A stretch of 64,000 bases of DNA from Hamiltosporidium tvaerminnensis FI-OER-3-3 (taxonomy: Eukaryota; Fungi; Microsporidia): the NCBI GenBank assembly GCA_022605425.2, contig CM061248.1, positions 620,001-684,000 of the forward strand, written 5' to 3'. The translations under genes and the position numbers were made by a program. The notes below the pieces were generated by a model that was given only the letters and a program-made list of their open reading frames with translations, was not told where the DNA came from and did not search any database. Positions 37,001-48,460 of this stretch are shown piece after piece. Within the stretch, counting starts at the first letter, position 1. Each line of letters opens with the position of its first letter.

Positions 37001-37689
37001 ATTTGAAATTTCAATTAACTTTATAAATCCCCTCTTTTTCAATTTATTTCATCTTTACGAGCCACTGGCATTTATAAGAAAAGGTAATTTCTTTACTAAA
37101 TTTAAGGGAAGTCAGCTGAAACACGCCTATATACTTTTTATAAATATATATCCTCAAAAAAATAATTTAAAATTTTGACAGGATATTGCTGAAGATGTTT
37201 TTTTGGTCATTTAGAAAAAGAAAATGCAATAATATAATTCTAAAAACCAGTGAATGTAAATCTGTTTTATTTGGCCTTTGAAACTATTCTTATGATGGAT
37301 TCAGCAATTTTAACTTCAATCATGTTTTTAATCAAAATAACAGTCAATATAAGAAAATGAAGAGGTGAAAGAGTGCCTTTGTCTTTTTTTCCAATCTCTT
37401 AAGTTTTTTAAAAATAGTTTGCTTCTAATAGATAAATATTTTGCGATTTAATTTGAATTTAGTTCTTTGTAATAATTTTCTAGGTTTTAAGCACTGTTTT
37501 CTAGCTTCGCAGCATTTATTATATTGTTCTCGATATTATAAGTTCTTTGATGGTTGTAAATGGTATTTGTTCAATCAATTTGTAATCCCCACCAATAAAA
37601 GCTTTTGCTTCCTTCTATTTTCTCTGTATTTTCATATTTAATAGTTGATGAGAAATCGATTTCTTCTTAGGATCCTGTCAAGAGGGCTT

Positions 37690-38950
37690 TCTAACTAAAT
37701 AACTAACTACGGTGCTTCGGCCCTGGAAAGTTCGAGCCAACTTAACAACTCTCTTCGATTCTTCTCCGTTATGCACCAAGTTTTTTCCATGCAATACACT
37801 GAATTTTCTTAGCTCTTTTTCTACTTCATCTGGCAATCTTTTTCTCGGTCTACCTCGTAGTATCTTACCTTCAGGTGCAGATCTAAGAATTTTGATGACA
37901 ACTCTTTCCGTCTACATTCATTCTTCGTGCCATAGCCATTTAAGTCTTCACTGTTTCATAATGGCAACCAAATTTGATTCTTCATAAAGCTCGTATATTT
38001 CTAGATCTGTTCGAATCCTCTACTTTTTATTTTCAAATATTAGGCCTTATAGTCATCTCAGTATCTTTCGTTACCATAAGTCTAGCAGGGTCTCGTCTCT
38101 TTTTGTCATAACCAGTGTTTCAGAAGCGTACTGAACAATATATATGATAATCGTTCTATATAGTTGCCTTTTCGTATTTATATTTGACATATTTGACTTC
38201 TGTAAGTGTTGCAAAGCAAAGTAGGTCTTTTTGCCCGTTTTTATTCTTTTTTTAATATCAAGAGAATTTTTATTATCCTCGTTCAGAAGAGAAGAACCCA
38301 AATATTTAAAGCTCGATACTCTTTCAAATATATATGAATTAATTTTATGAGAGTTCCTCGGGTATTCATGGATTGAGCCCATTACCATATATTTTGTTTC
38401 GTTTCCATTTATTTTCAGTCCAGTTTTTCCTGATTTAGCTACTAATATTCTGAAAGTTGAATCTATATCTTATAGTTCTCTTCCCAGGATGGCGAGATCA
38501 TCTTCATAAGCTGTATATTGTGTGATTCCATTAAATATTGTACTACCTGTTCTTTGTCAACTTGCGGATTTTCTCTCTGTGTTAGATTGAACAGTATGCA
38601 AGATCTGTATCACCCTGCCTTAGCCCTATATTTATGCTAAAATTACTAGATAAATTACCTGTTAACAATACCATTCCTTTTGTTTGTATCAGTGTCATTT
38701 TAATTAAACGAATAATTTTCAAAGGGGAGATTTCTATAAACATAAAATATCGCAAACCAATGACTTTCAACCCCACCAAAAAATATGCACCGACACTGGT
38801 CAAAAGAAAAAAATTGCAAGCCTTAAAACAGAACATAAGATGCGCGAGGAGCTTTATACCAATACCACAGCTTTTCTCTATATACTTTCTTTTGTATTCA
38901 AGCGAACAGCTCTTATCTGTTTCGCATATACCGTCAAATGTTGTTTGTTT
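37690..38950 (-). mobile_element. Decayed RTE-clade LINE (RT C-terminal half and 3' end)
   Basis: GLRQGD, FERVSSFKYLGS, KRQLYRTII..VQYASET; GRPR-like motif near 37850; ends in a short (TTAG)n-like tail at ~37691-37710. Confidence 0.85.
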
Positions 38951-40050
38951 TTGTTGTTACAAATATAGAAAGTAGATTATTAAAATCGGGTTGTCTGAAA
39001 AAAAGCCTAAATGTAGATAATTTTGTTTGTATGTAAAGTTTTAATTTAAACAACATCGTTAATGGGCTAACTTCATCTTATTTCAACAGTTATATCTAAA
39101 TTATTTGCCGAATATTTTTAATAGTTTAATTTACACGTTCGCCCGATCTTAAGCTTTTAGATCGCGTGGTATTTTAGTCATATTTTTTACTGAACCTAAT
39201 CAAAAATGTTTCAATGAATATATTTTTAAATGTACAGCATATGTCAGGTTATATCTTTATAGGAACACCAAAATTATCGAAAATAAATTTGCATCAGTTT
39301 TTTGGAAAATCTGAAGGCGTTTTTTTTTTACCTTAAAAACTTTACTAATGTTTTATAAATGTGAAAAATACTTTAGAAATGCACCAAAGCTGATTATTTT
39401 GATTTGTTGTATCCCAGGATTTACAAAGTCTATAATAAAAAATCATGTTTTTAGCTATATGGTTTATATATATTGACTAGAACGTATTCAAACAATGTAT
39501 ACTGCGCATATTTTATAAGATTAAATATGCTCAGTCATTTAAGCCTTGAAAATTTCATAGTGTTTTTGTTCAATCATAGGATATTTTTATAATCCTTGAT
39601 GGTGTAACAACATGCTCTTTTTAATAATATGCTTGATATATGTTATTTATCATGCAAATGGTCGCATATTCGATCATTAAGTCATTAAAATACAAATAAT
39701 TTTCGACTTAACTAAAAGTTTTGATTCGTATCTTACGATCTAGCACTTTCTTCAGAATAATTAGCGGCTCAGTGACTTTTTTTTAAATATTTGGTATACT
39801 TTACTTCTTTTCCATATTCATAACTCACAATCTTTGGCAGTATGGATGCTTCACACTTTTTTATAAGGAATGAAAAGATAAAACGATAATATAAAGAAAA
39901 GGTTATAATTAAATTTAGAATAATTAAATTGTTAAATCCAGTTATCAAGATGTTTTAATATTTATTTGCTTTGGAAAGATTTACTAAAGCAAAAAACGGA
40001 ACAGTAAAAAATGAAACGAAAAATAAAAAATTCATATTCTCATTCTTTTT

Positions 40051-40705
40051 AGAGAGGGGAATAAATTTATTAAAAATATATCCCTTTGCCAACTATTAGG
40101 TAACATTGGTATGAAAATCATAGTTTAAATTTTTAGTGAGATAAAAACCACACGTATTTTCGATCTTCTATGATAACTCGTATAGGGAGAAAATAATTAA
40201 AATAGTAAGAAATTTCCTACAAAGAAGTTTGAAGTTTTTTTTAATGTACTAGATATGGAAGCACGTCTGCCGTTTTGAGCAATTTTCATGTGAAAGCATT
40301 AAAACCTAGCCCCTAGTTAGGGTTATAAGAATCGGCGCCTATGTGATATGATATAAAAAAACTAGAAATTCCATTAGCGGTTATACTTGTAAACATGACG
40401 TTGCAAAATCTAGATTGATCACGTGTAAGTTGCAGAGATATAATAACTTAGCTACAATTTTATTTGATTCAGAAATTGTGCAGTAAGTGGGAATTCTATA
40501 GTCATGCCAGAGACTAAGAGATTCGATCCGGAATAACACTTTAGTAAACGCAAATTAACGAACTTTGGGCGACTGCCGACTATAAAGTGGGTTCTAAATA
40601 CATTGTAAATGGAAAGCTTTAGGATACTGATATTTCGAAGATTTGGAGGATGTGTTAAGAGAGATAAGTTATCTACGTAGAACCCATACCATACCTACGT
40701 CAATG
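40051..40705 (+). ncRNA. Candidate large structured non-coding RNA, copy B (unknown family)
   Basis: Collinear diverged homolog of 19595-20256. ATGT-GAAA-GCAT hairpin at 40288-40299; TGGGTTCTA (40588-40596) is complementary to TAGAACCCA (40678-40686). Confidence 0.55.
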
Positions 40706-42483
40706 CCATCAAAACAATATAAAATATGTTAGTTTTTTTTAAAAAAGCGCTGATATATTAAATAAGTATATAATCTTTTATTTTGGATTATTCTGATATA
40801 TCGTTTTACTTCCGAAAAATGAAAGGCTTAGAAATGTAAATTCTTAAACTGAAAATATTATTATTTTCATATTTTGTGTACAAATTTGATTATTATGAGA
40901 CTAAGGATACCATTATGAAAAAATTTTACATATATTATATCTTCAAAATATAGTCTTACTTCAAATAAATATCTATTCCTGTTTGGATTTATTAATCATA
41001 AAATATTTAAATCATATTAATTTTGGAAGCTACAATGAACTATACGGACAAGGTTGCATTTTGATTTTTATATTTATTTTTTATTTCCTAGAACTTTAAA
41101 ATGTTTTTTGAATCTTAGTAATTATAAAATATTTGTTTCCATATATTTCCCTATAAGTTCTTTCTTCATTTTTTCCGCAAGACTGATAATGCCTGATACA
41201 TGTTGTTCTAGCATTATTTCAGTTACTTTTGTGATTTATGTGAATACGATTATTTTTTTGATATTTACAAATCAGCGGTCTAAAATAAAATTATATCATG
41301 GTTAAGTCGTCGTTGAATAAATGAATTGAATAAAATTCTTAAGAAACAACCCGACTAGTTTTTCTAAACTAACATGTAGATATTTTGGCACAAACATGAC
41401 TATACTTTATCCTACACAAGTTGAGAAAATAGGAAGTATGAAATACGAAATTAAACAGTAAAATTTGCATATTGATGCTCCTATTAAAAAAAATTAAGTG
41501 GTGAATTGCAAATACAAAAAAAATTCAGAGATCATAAAGTAAATAGAAATGATATAAAATGTGCGGCAATAGAGAAGGTTATATTACAATGCAAATTGTT
41601 TATTTTTAATCAAATTTAATGCATTTCATTGAACTTTTAAAACTGAAGGCTCAAATTTATATTTTATCTCGCTTTAATTAAGTATTTCGTATTTGAATTT
41701 AATTTTTTAAAATCGATTTTGATATTATATCTTGTTTTTTTGCTTTTATATTCAATTTACCGGGTAAATCATTTAAATTAAAATTAGATTGCAATTTTAA
41801 GTAAAAAAAAATGCCTAAAAGTTTTAAAATTTAAGTGCTTAAAAAAATTATTTGTATAAAAAGTTTTTAAGCTAATATTTACACACCTATTCCTTGTATT
41901 CTAACAAATCGATTTTATTTTAAATAAATTATGTAGAAAATACCCGTTTTTGGTTATCAAGTAAGAATTTTAATGTTCGTTTTTAGTTTTGTAAAAAAAA
42001 ATAAATCGAATACGTAAATTTAAATTTATAAGAAAATCGTTAGCATAAAAAATCCAATAGAAAATTATTCAGAAAACTGATCTTTCATATTAGAAAAGAA
42101 TTTTTTTGACGTTTTTTATTTTTAGAATATTTGTTTTGGTTACAAATTTATAAAAATTCTTAAATTTTTTTAATTATACTCTCTAAAAATTTATTTCTTA
42201 GCAAGAAGTCGTTGTAAATGTTAGCGCAATCAAAATAAATTAATTAAAAAAGTTGTAATTTGAAAATATCACTTAATGTTACATTATATTCTTGTATAAG
42301 AAAATTTTCATAGTTTTTTGATTATTTTCAAATATTTGTTCACTTATCAGATTTAACACGGTATATACATTCTATTGGATATTATATTTCTAATATTTGC
42401 TAGATGTCGCTCATATTTTTCTAAATTATATTATTCGTTACTTCTGAAACTGTTTTATTTAAATAAAAAGATAAAACGGTTAT

Positions 42484-42486
42484 CCC
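42484..42486 (+). promoter_or_regulatory. Microsporidian-type CCC motif just upstream of the start codon (also before RPL34, CBP20, MSH2, and the INTS7-like, NSR1-like and 21895 genes)
   Basis: CCC lies within ~12 nt of the ATG in seven genes despite very low GC, each preceded by an AT-rich tract. Confidence 0.65.
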
Positions 42487-42490
42487 GGTT

Positions 42491-44869
42491 ATGAAAAGTG
42501 AAAAACATGTGGCTATTTCAGCCGTTATTGCACATATTGATCATGGAAAAACAACACTTATTGACAGTCTTATTGCTAGCCAAGGTATTATATCTAAATC
42601 ATCTGCAGGAAATCTTAGGTATCTTGACACGCGCACAGATGAACAACAAAGAGGAATAACACTAAAACTAAGTGTAGTTTCTTTAGAAGAAAAAAATACT
42701 AACAATTCTCATATAATAATTGATACGCCTGGACACGTAGATTTTGAAACATATATTTTACGAACTTCATATTTGACTGACAATTTTATAATTGTAATTG
42801 ATATTTTGGAAGGTATAACACCTAGGATGATATCTCTACTGAATTACACTAAAAACAGAAAATGTATTTTGGTAATAAATAAAATTGATAAATTGCTATA
42901 CCTTTCCTTGGATGAACTGTACTGTCAAATAGAAACAATAATTCATAAAATTAATACATTGATTGGAAGTGATATGTTCTTTTGGGAAAACAATAATGTT
43001 ATCATTGCATGTTCTATTCTTTGTTACGGATTAAATTTTAATACATTTTATAAAAAAATTGATAAAAATTTTAAAGAAAAGCGGGAGTCAATAAATGACA
43101 TTACTAAGATAGGAAATAAAGAAAATATATCCCAAAATAAAAATATAAAATATTTACAAAGTGCATCATTGAAAAATGCAGTTAAGTTTATACTTTTTAT
43201 AGAAGATAAAATAGCTAAAAAGGATATTGAAAATTTGATTAAACGATTTCAAGTTAAGAAAAGAGATAGGAAAAATATTTTTATGGAAATATTGCCACTT
43301 TCGGAAACTTTATTTGATTCTATAAATAATTGCTATAAAGATAATTTAGAAACAAGAACTAACGAATTATCTGATAAACTTCAAGATTTGAATATTAAAG
43401 GTAATTATATGACAGAAAGTAATTTTGGAGGGAATACATTTAAAGAAAATTTAAATTTAGATTATCACAATTTTTATAATTATTTTGAATCGAAAGCAGA
43501 TCTTTTATGGGGTGTAACTACTTATGCTGTTTTCAAAGAATCTGGCTTTTTTAATTTATCAAATATACTATTCGTTACACGCCTTTTTTCAGGTGTAATA
43601 CGCGTAGGTGATACTGTTTATTGTCTAAATGGAAACGAATTTACTGAAACAAAAATTACGAAAATATTTTTATCTCAAATAAATAGTTATCTATCTGTTA
43701 TGGAATGTTGTGCTCCAAATGTTTGTTTTATTGAAGCAAATTTTAAGAAAAATTGCTTTATTACCAACAAAGATAATGTTTCATACTTTAAAGAGAAATT
43801 AAATGCGATTTTGAAATATAAAAATAAAGAATTTATTCAAGAAACCATTGATAATATTATTAATCTAAATATAAGAACACAGCCGTTTTATAGATCGAAA
43901 ATAGTTCCAATAGATCTGAGCGATTTAGATAAATTTAAAGAAGCAATAAAGTCTTTTTCGTATATAGAAACATCTTTAAAAGCCAAAATAAATAAATTCA
44001 ACGAAATAGAAGTTTTTTGTGAAGGTAAAGTACAGTTTGAAAAAATTATCAATGATTTAACAGAATCAGGGTTTATGCTTACATCAAGCGATTTTAACAG
44101 CAGATTCTGTGAAATTATACTTAACAAATCATATAAAGAATATTATCATGATAATTTCATTTTTAAAATCTCTATTGAACCACTCAAAGAAATACAAAAT
44201 TGTCTTTTATTAGAATATGAGTCAGATCAATCTGTTGAGTTTATAAACGAAATAGAAAATATAAATGAGGAAAAGGTGATGTTTAAAGAATCAATCGGGT
44301 ATATAAATGTTACAGAAAAATACTCGGATCTAATTCGAAATGTAATTTCGGTTTTTATAAAAAACGGTACGTTGATCGAGGAGCAAATATATAACAGTAA
44401 GTTTAAAGTTGCCTTTTATTTGAAAAGCGAGGAAGATTTAAAAATTACAAAATCCGAACTTTTTTCGAATATAAAAAAATATATCACACAAATATATACA
44501 TCGGCCATGCCAAAGATAGTACCTTACTACTATAGATGCGATCTTTTATGTTTAGAAGAATATCTTGGCGCTATTTATCTTATACTTCAAAAACATAAGT
44601 ATATTTTGATTGAAGAAGAATTTGAACAAGAAACAAATTTCTTCCGTATCAAAGCATATATTCCTCAATATCTTTATGATCCATTTATTGATGACTGTAG
44701 ACTAAAAACAAAAGGAACTGCTTATTTTGTTACCTCCGATGCAGGGTTTTTGTATTCTTTACTAAACGATTTTGATTCGCACATAGATTTTCTAAGAAAA
44801 CAAAAAGGACTTTACACTGAAGAAAAAATTACAGAAGATCCTGAAAAGCAAAGAACATTAAAAAGATAA
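42491..44869 (+). CDS. RIA1: Elongation factor-like GTPase 1 (EFL1/RIA1, EF-2 family)
   Basis: AHIDHGKTTLIDSLIASQGIIS..SAGNLRYLDTR.DEQQRGIT, IDTPGHVDF, NKID, and C-terminal RKQKGL..EEKI....EKQRTLKR. CCC at 42484-42486. Confidence 0.9.
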   Translation: MKSEKHVAISAVIAHIDHGKTTLIDSLIASQGIISKSSAGNLRYLDTRTDEQQRGITLKLSVVSLEEKNTNNSHIIIDTPGHVDFETYILRTSYLTDNFIIVIDILEGITPRMISLLNYTKNRKCILVINKIDKLLYLSLDELYCQIETIIHKINTLIGSDMFFWENNNVIIACSILCYGLNFNTFYKKIDKNFKEKRESINDITKIGNKENISQNKNIKYLQSASLKNAVKFILFIEDKIAKKDIENLIKRFQVKKRDRKNIFMEILPLSETLFDSINNCYKDNLETRTNELSDKLQDLNIKGNYMTESNFGGNTFKENLNLDYHNFYNYFESKADLLWGVTTYAVFKESGFFNLSNILFVTRLFSGVIRVGDTVYCLNGNEFTETKITKIFLSQINSYLSVMECCAPNVCFIEANFKKNCFITNKDNVSYFKEKLNAILKYKNKEFIQETIDNIINLNIRTQPFYRSKIVPIDLSDLDKFKEAIKSFSYIETSLKAKINKFNEIEVFCEGKVQFEKIINDLTESGFMLTSSDFNSRFCEIILNKSYKEYYHDNFIFKISIEPLKEIQNCLLLEYESDQSVEFINEIENINEEKVMFKESIGYINVTEKYSDLIRNVISVFIKNGTLIEEQIYNSKFKVAFYLKSEEDLKITKSELFSNIKKYITQIYTSAMPKIVPYYYRCDLLCLEEYLGAIYLILQKHKYILIEEEFEQETNFFRIKAYIPQYLYDPFIDDCRLKTKGTAYFVTSDAGFLYSLLNDFDSHIDFLRKQKGLYTEEKITEDPEKQRTLKR

Positions 44870-46416
44870 TTAATTTGCCTTTTTTAGATTTTTTACCTTT
44901 ATAATTATCAATATTTTGCTCTTGTTTAGTTTGATTACTAGTTAACTTTAAAAATTAGTCAAAAATTAAATTTTAAAGGATTTAGATTTATGATTGTAGA
45001 TTAGGTGTTTTCCTCTTTTTAAATAATAAAATAGAACGAAAGTCTCTAAACCAATAAAAATATTTAATTAAGAAGTTTTCAAACTAAAAAGCAGGAAATT
45101 ATAATAGAGTTTCTATTTAAAATAGCACAAATATTTGTAGTAAAAGATTTAATGTTTGTATTTTAGATGAAAATGTGATGAGATACTTATATGCCTATGA
45201 TTTATCCATCTAATATAGATTAGTCTCTGGGTTCTGAAATAGAAACCTTGAAAAGTAATAATTTAAATTAAATATAATAGGTCTTTTGTATATTTTAAAT
45301 TAGGAATCGATTCAATTTTTGTAAATTTGTAATTTTTATAGGTAAAAAACGATTTTGTATTTAATTGGATTTATTTTTGGTTCCGTTATAATAAATACTG
45401 TTAAATATAAGTAAAATATTTTAAAAATAATTTATTTTCTCACTTGCATATATCGTTTCTAAAATTCCTGGGAAGTCAAAAATGGCATCTGAAACATTTC
45501 CAAGAAAGGCGTAAAATCGATAAAATATTTTGCTTAGAAATTTTAATTATAAATCATGAGAGTTATAATAATAATTTAACTTTTGATACATTTTTTAACT
45601 TAGAAATCCTAACCAAACTGTGAATCTTAATATAAATAAAATTAGGCATATAAAAAATCAATAAAAAATAATTTACCACCAAACGGTTATTATATTTTCA
45701 ATTAAAGCAAAAAAACCCATGAAAAACATTATTATTCATTTTCACCGAATTATGTGTTTTATTAATATATGACACCTTACATGCTCCAACTATGTATTCG
45801 ATATAATGACTTTAAACATTAAATCGATCAATACAGAGTTGTATGTATGTATTTGACCGATAAAATAAAAATTACATGAAATAATTAGTATTTTATGAAT
45901 TAAAAAAAGTTATCATAATCGTATATTTTCTTAGTAAATTTTTTTAGAAAAAAGGAAAAATTATTAAACGATTGCTCCTTTTGAATTATTTTGAAGCAAT
46001 AAATATTTTAATCTCTTTAAAATATTTTCCTTACCACTCTAACCATTTATTTTCATATTATTAAGATAAAAAAAGCTATTATTAGTAGTATTTTGTTTTG
46101 TTTGAAAGAATTTTTATTTGTTAAAAAAACTATTCTTTCTAGGCAACTAATAAAAATACTTTAATATAAAGCTACTATATTTGTCAGTATTAGATTAATT
46201 TAACTGGTTATAACTTGTTTCAACCTAAACTTGGTAATAAATATAGTTTTATAGTAAAAAATAAATTTAATATTTTTCAACGTGATGAATTCAAATTTTT
46301 TTACTAAAATATTTTTCGAATGATGAATTCAAAATAATTATTTTAAGCAATCCTTTTGTTGGTTAAATAATATTTAAAAGGTTTTTACAATTATAATTCA
46401 GTTTATAACTCTTAAA

Positions 46417-46575
46417 TCATATCTTGACAAAATTTTTCCTACCAAAGGAAAATAATCAAGTCCATAAAACTTAATAATTGGTATTATTTTAGATATATCT
46501 TGACAAAATTTTTCCTACCAAAGGGAAATAATCAAGTCTATAAAACTTAATAATTGGTATTATTTTAGATATATC
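46417..46575. repeat. Direct duplication (~77 bp) of the 3' end of the 46489-47743 gene
   Basis: ATATCTTGACAAAATTTTTCCTACCAAAGG(A/G)AAATAATCAAGTC(C/T)ATAAAACTTAATAATTGGTATTATTTTAGATATATCT occurs twice. Confidence 0.9.
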
Positions 46576-47743
46576 TTCATTTTTATAAAATTTATATAAA
46601 AAATTAAAATATATTTTGTACTGGCTTTTCATTTCATTGATTGATTTTAATTCATTTAATATAATAATAGCATTTTTAAAATACTTTCGATCAATAAAAT
46701 ATCTTGCTAATAACCATTTATCATAAAAATTTAGATTGTCGTATAAATTAACCTTTTTAATGGGTTTTCTACAAATTTGTGGATTAAAAATTTTAAATTT
46801 TTCATAAAGTTTTATAGTTTCTTTAAAATGTAAAATACGTTTATCCTCTGTTCTGTTGTATATAAGTTCATTCAGAGATGTAAAATTTAGTAATTTCAAT
46901 ATTTTATTTTTAAAAACGGGGAAATGAATACATATTTTCAATAAATATTTAAATAAAATATTTTTCGATACTAAATTTAAATCAAAAACAATTTTTGATA
47001 TATTTAAATCTGTATTAAGATTATCAAAATCTAAATTTGATAAAATTATAAATTTATTTTCATCAGAAGGAATATCTTTAGAAAGTTGTTTAATTGTATT
47101 GATTGATATTATGATAAATTCAATTAAACAAGTTAAATCTTTTTTAGCGCAAAAATATGCTAATCTTAAATCATTTTGTACCAATCCCATATTAAAAATA
47201 TACCGAGAATAATATATTTCTACATATTTGATTAATTTTAACCTTTTTTTAACATCTAATGTCTTTAAATATTCATGAATCCATTCTTTAGAATGTGATA
47301 AAAATTTTCCTAAACATTTTAGTCCTAATGTATTATCAGATAACTTTTCGATTTCATAAAGCAATTCATTATCGTCATATAATGTACCACTAAATAAAAT
47401 AATAATTTTTAATAATAAATTTTTTACTTCTTCATCAGTACTCCGCAATACAAGAATTATTTCTTTTTTGTATAAAATTGCATCTACGTGATTTTTTAAA
47501 AATTTATGGCATTTTTTTAGTGTTGAATATATTATTTTCTTGAGAAAAAGTTGTTTTGTAAAAAAACATGAGATTAGTCTGTCAAAAGCGGCGATTTTAA
47601 AATCTCTACTGGTATTTTTTTGAAGTAGAGGTAAATACTGATGTAAAGCTATTCGAAATTCAGACAAAGAAGTTTGTATTTAGAGAATTGTTTAAATTAA
47701 AAAGGTCTTTAAATTCTGCAGTTGATGATGATTGATTAGTCAT
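46489..47743 (-). CDS. Probable Integrator complex subunit 7 (INTS7)-like ARM/HEAT protein; one +1 frameshift near the N-terminus
   Basis: AAFDRLISCFFTKQLFLKKII...KEIILVLRSTDEEVKNLLLKII aligns by eye with recalled INTS7 SAFLKLADVFRVGNNFLRLCV...KRIFSVIHSNDPVARAITLRML. AAACCC-ATG at 47743 is out of frame by one base. Confidence 0.55.
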
Positions 47744-48460
47744 GGGTTTTTAAGAATTATCAAAAATATTGGCGAATAGGATTTGTGAAGGTAAAGGAAA
47801 TTGAAAGGTTTGTAAGAAATATCAATTAGAAAAATAAAATTTACAAATATTTAGATTTAAAAAATAAAAAGAAATTTAAAAATACTAAGAATTTTAAACA
47901 GAAAAATGCAATTTAGAAATTTAAGGATACGTTTCTATTTAATAATTTTAGAATATAGTTAGTAATTATATTATAATACAGAATATACACATATATTTTC
48001 ATATCTCTATGTTTCAAAAACAATATTTTATTTGTGATTAATTCCAAGGCGGTAGTGATATGTATCTAGTGATGCAGCATGAAGACTATCAAAAAGAATG
48101 TATATATAACCATTACAAAGCAAAATTATAAACAAAATAATATTCCCAAGATGAAAAGTAATTTTTAATGTGAAAATAATTGCTTATAATCTTGAAAATT
48201 ACTTGAGACATTATTAAAAACCAAAAGATTAATCGAAAAGATTAATTTAAAATATAAATAGACTAATAGAAATTCTTATTAAGTTGACTTTATAGCTACA
48301 AAAATAATAAGTAGATTATTAAGTAAAAGAAAAACAGAAAAATTTCTAATCAAATATATTTCGTATTAAATACGAAAGAAATAGTTTAATCAAAAAAATA
48401 TTTTTTTTAATTTATGATAAAAACGAAAAATGCATTTAAATGACAAAATGAATCCTCTGT

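Noticed and set aside
36746-37042. 98-aa minus-strand ORF
   Set aside because: Chance frame across the GC-richer SINE-like element.
40300-40326. Telomerase RNA hypothesis (TTAGGGTTA present)
   Set aside because: The motif is not conserved in copy A, and no CCCTAA-type template exists on the inferred sense strand.
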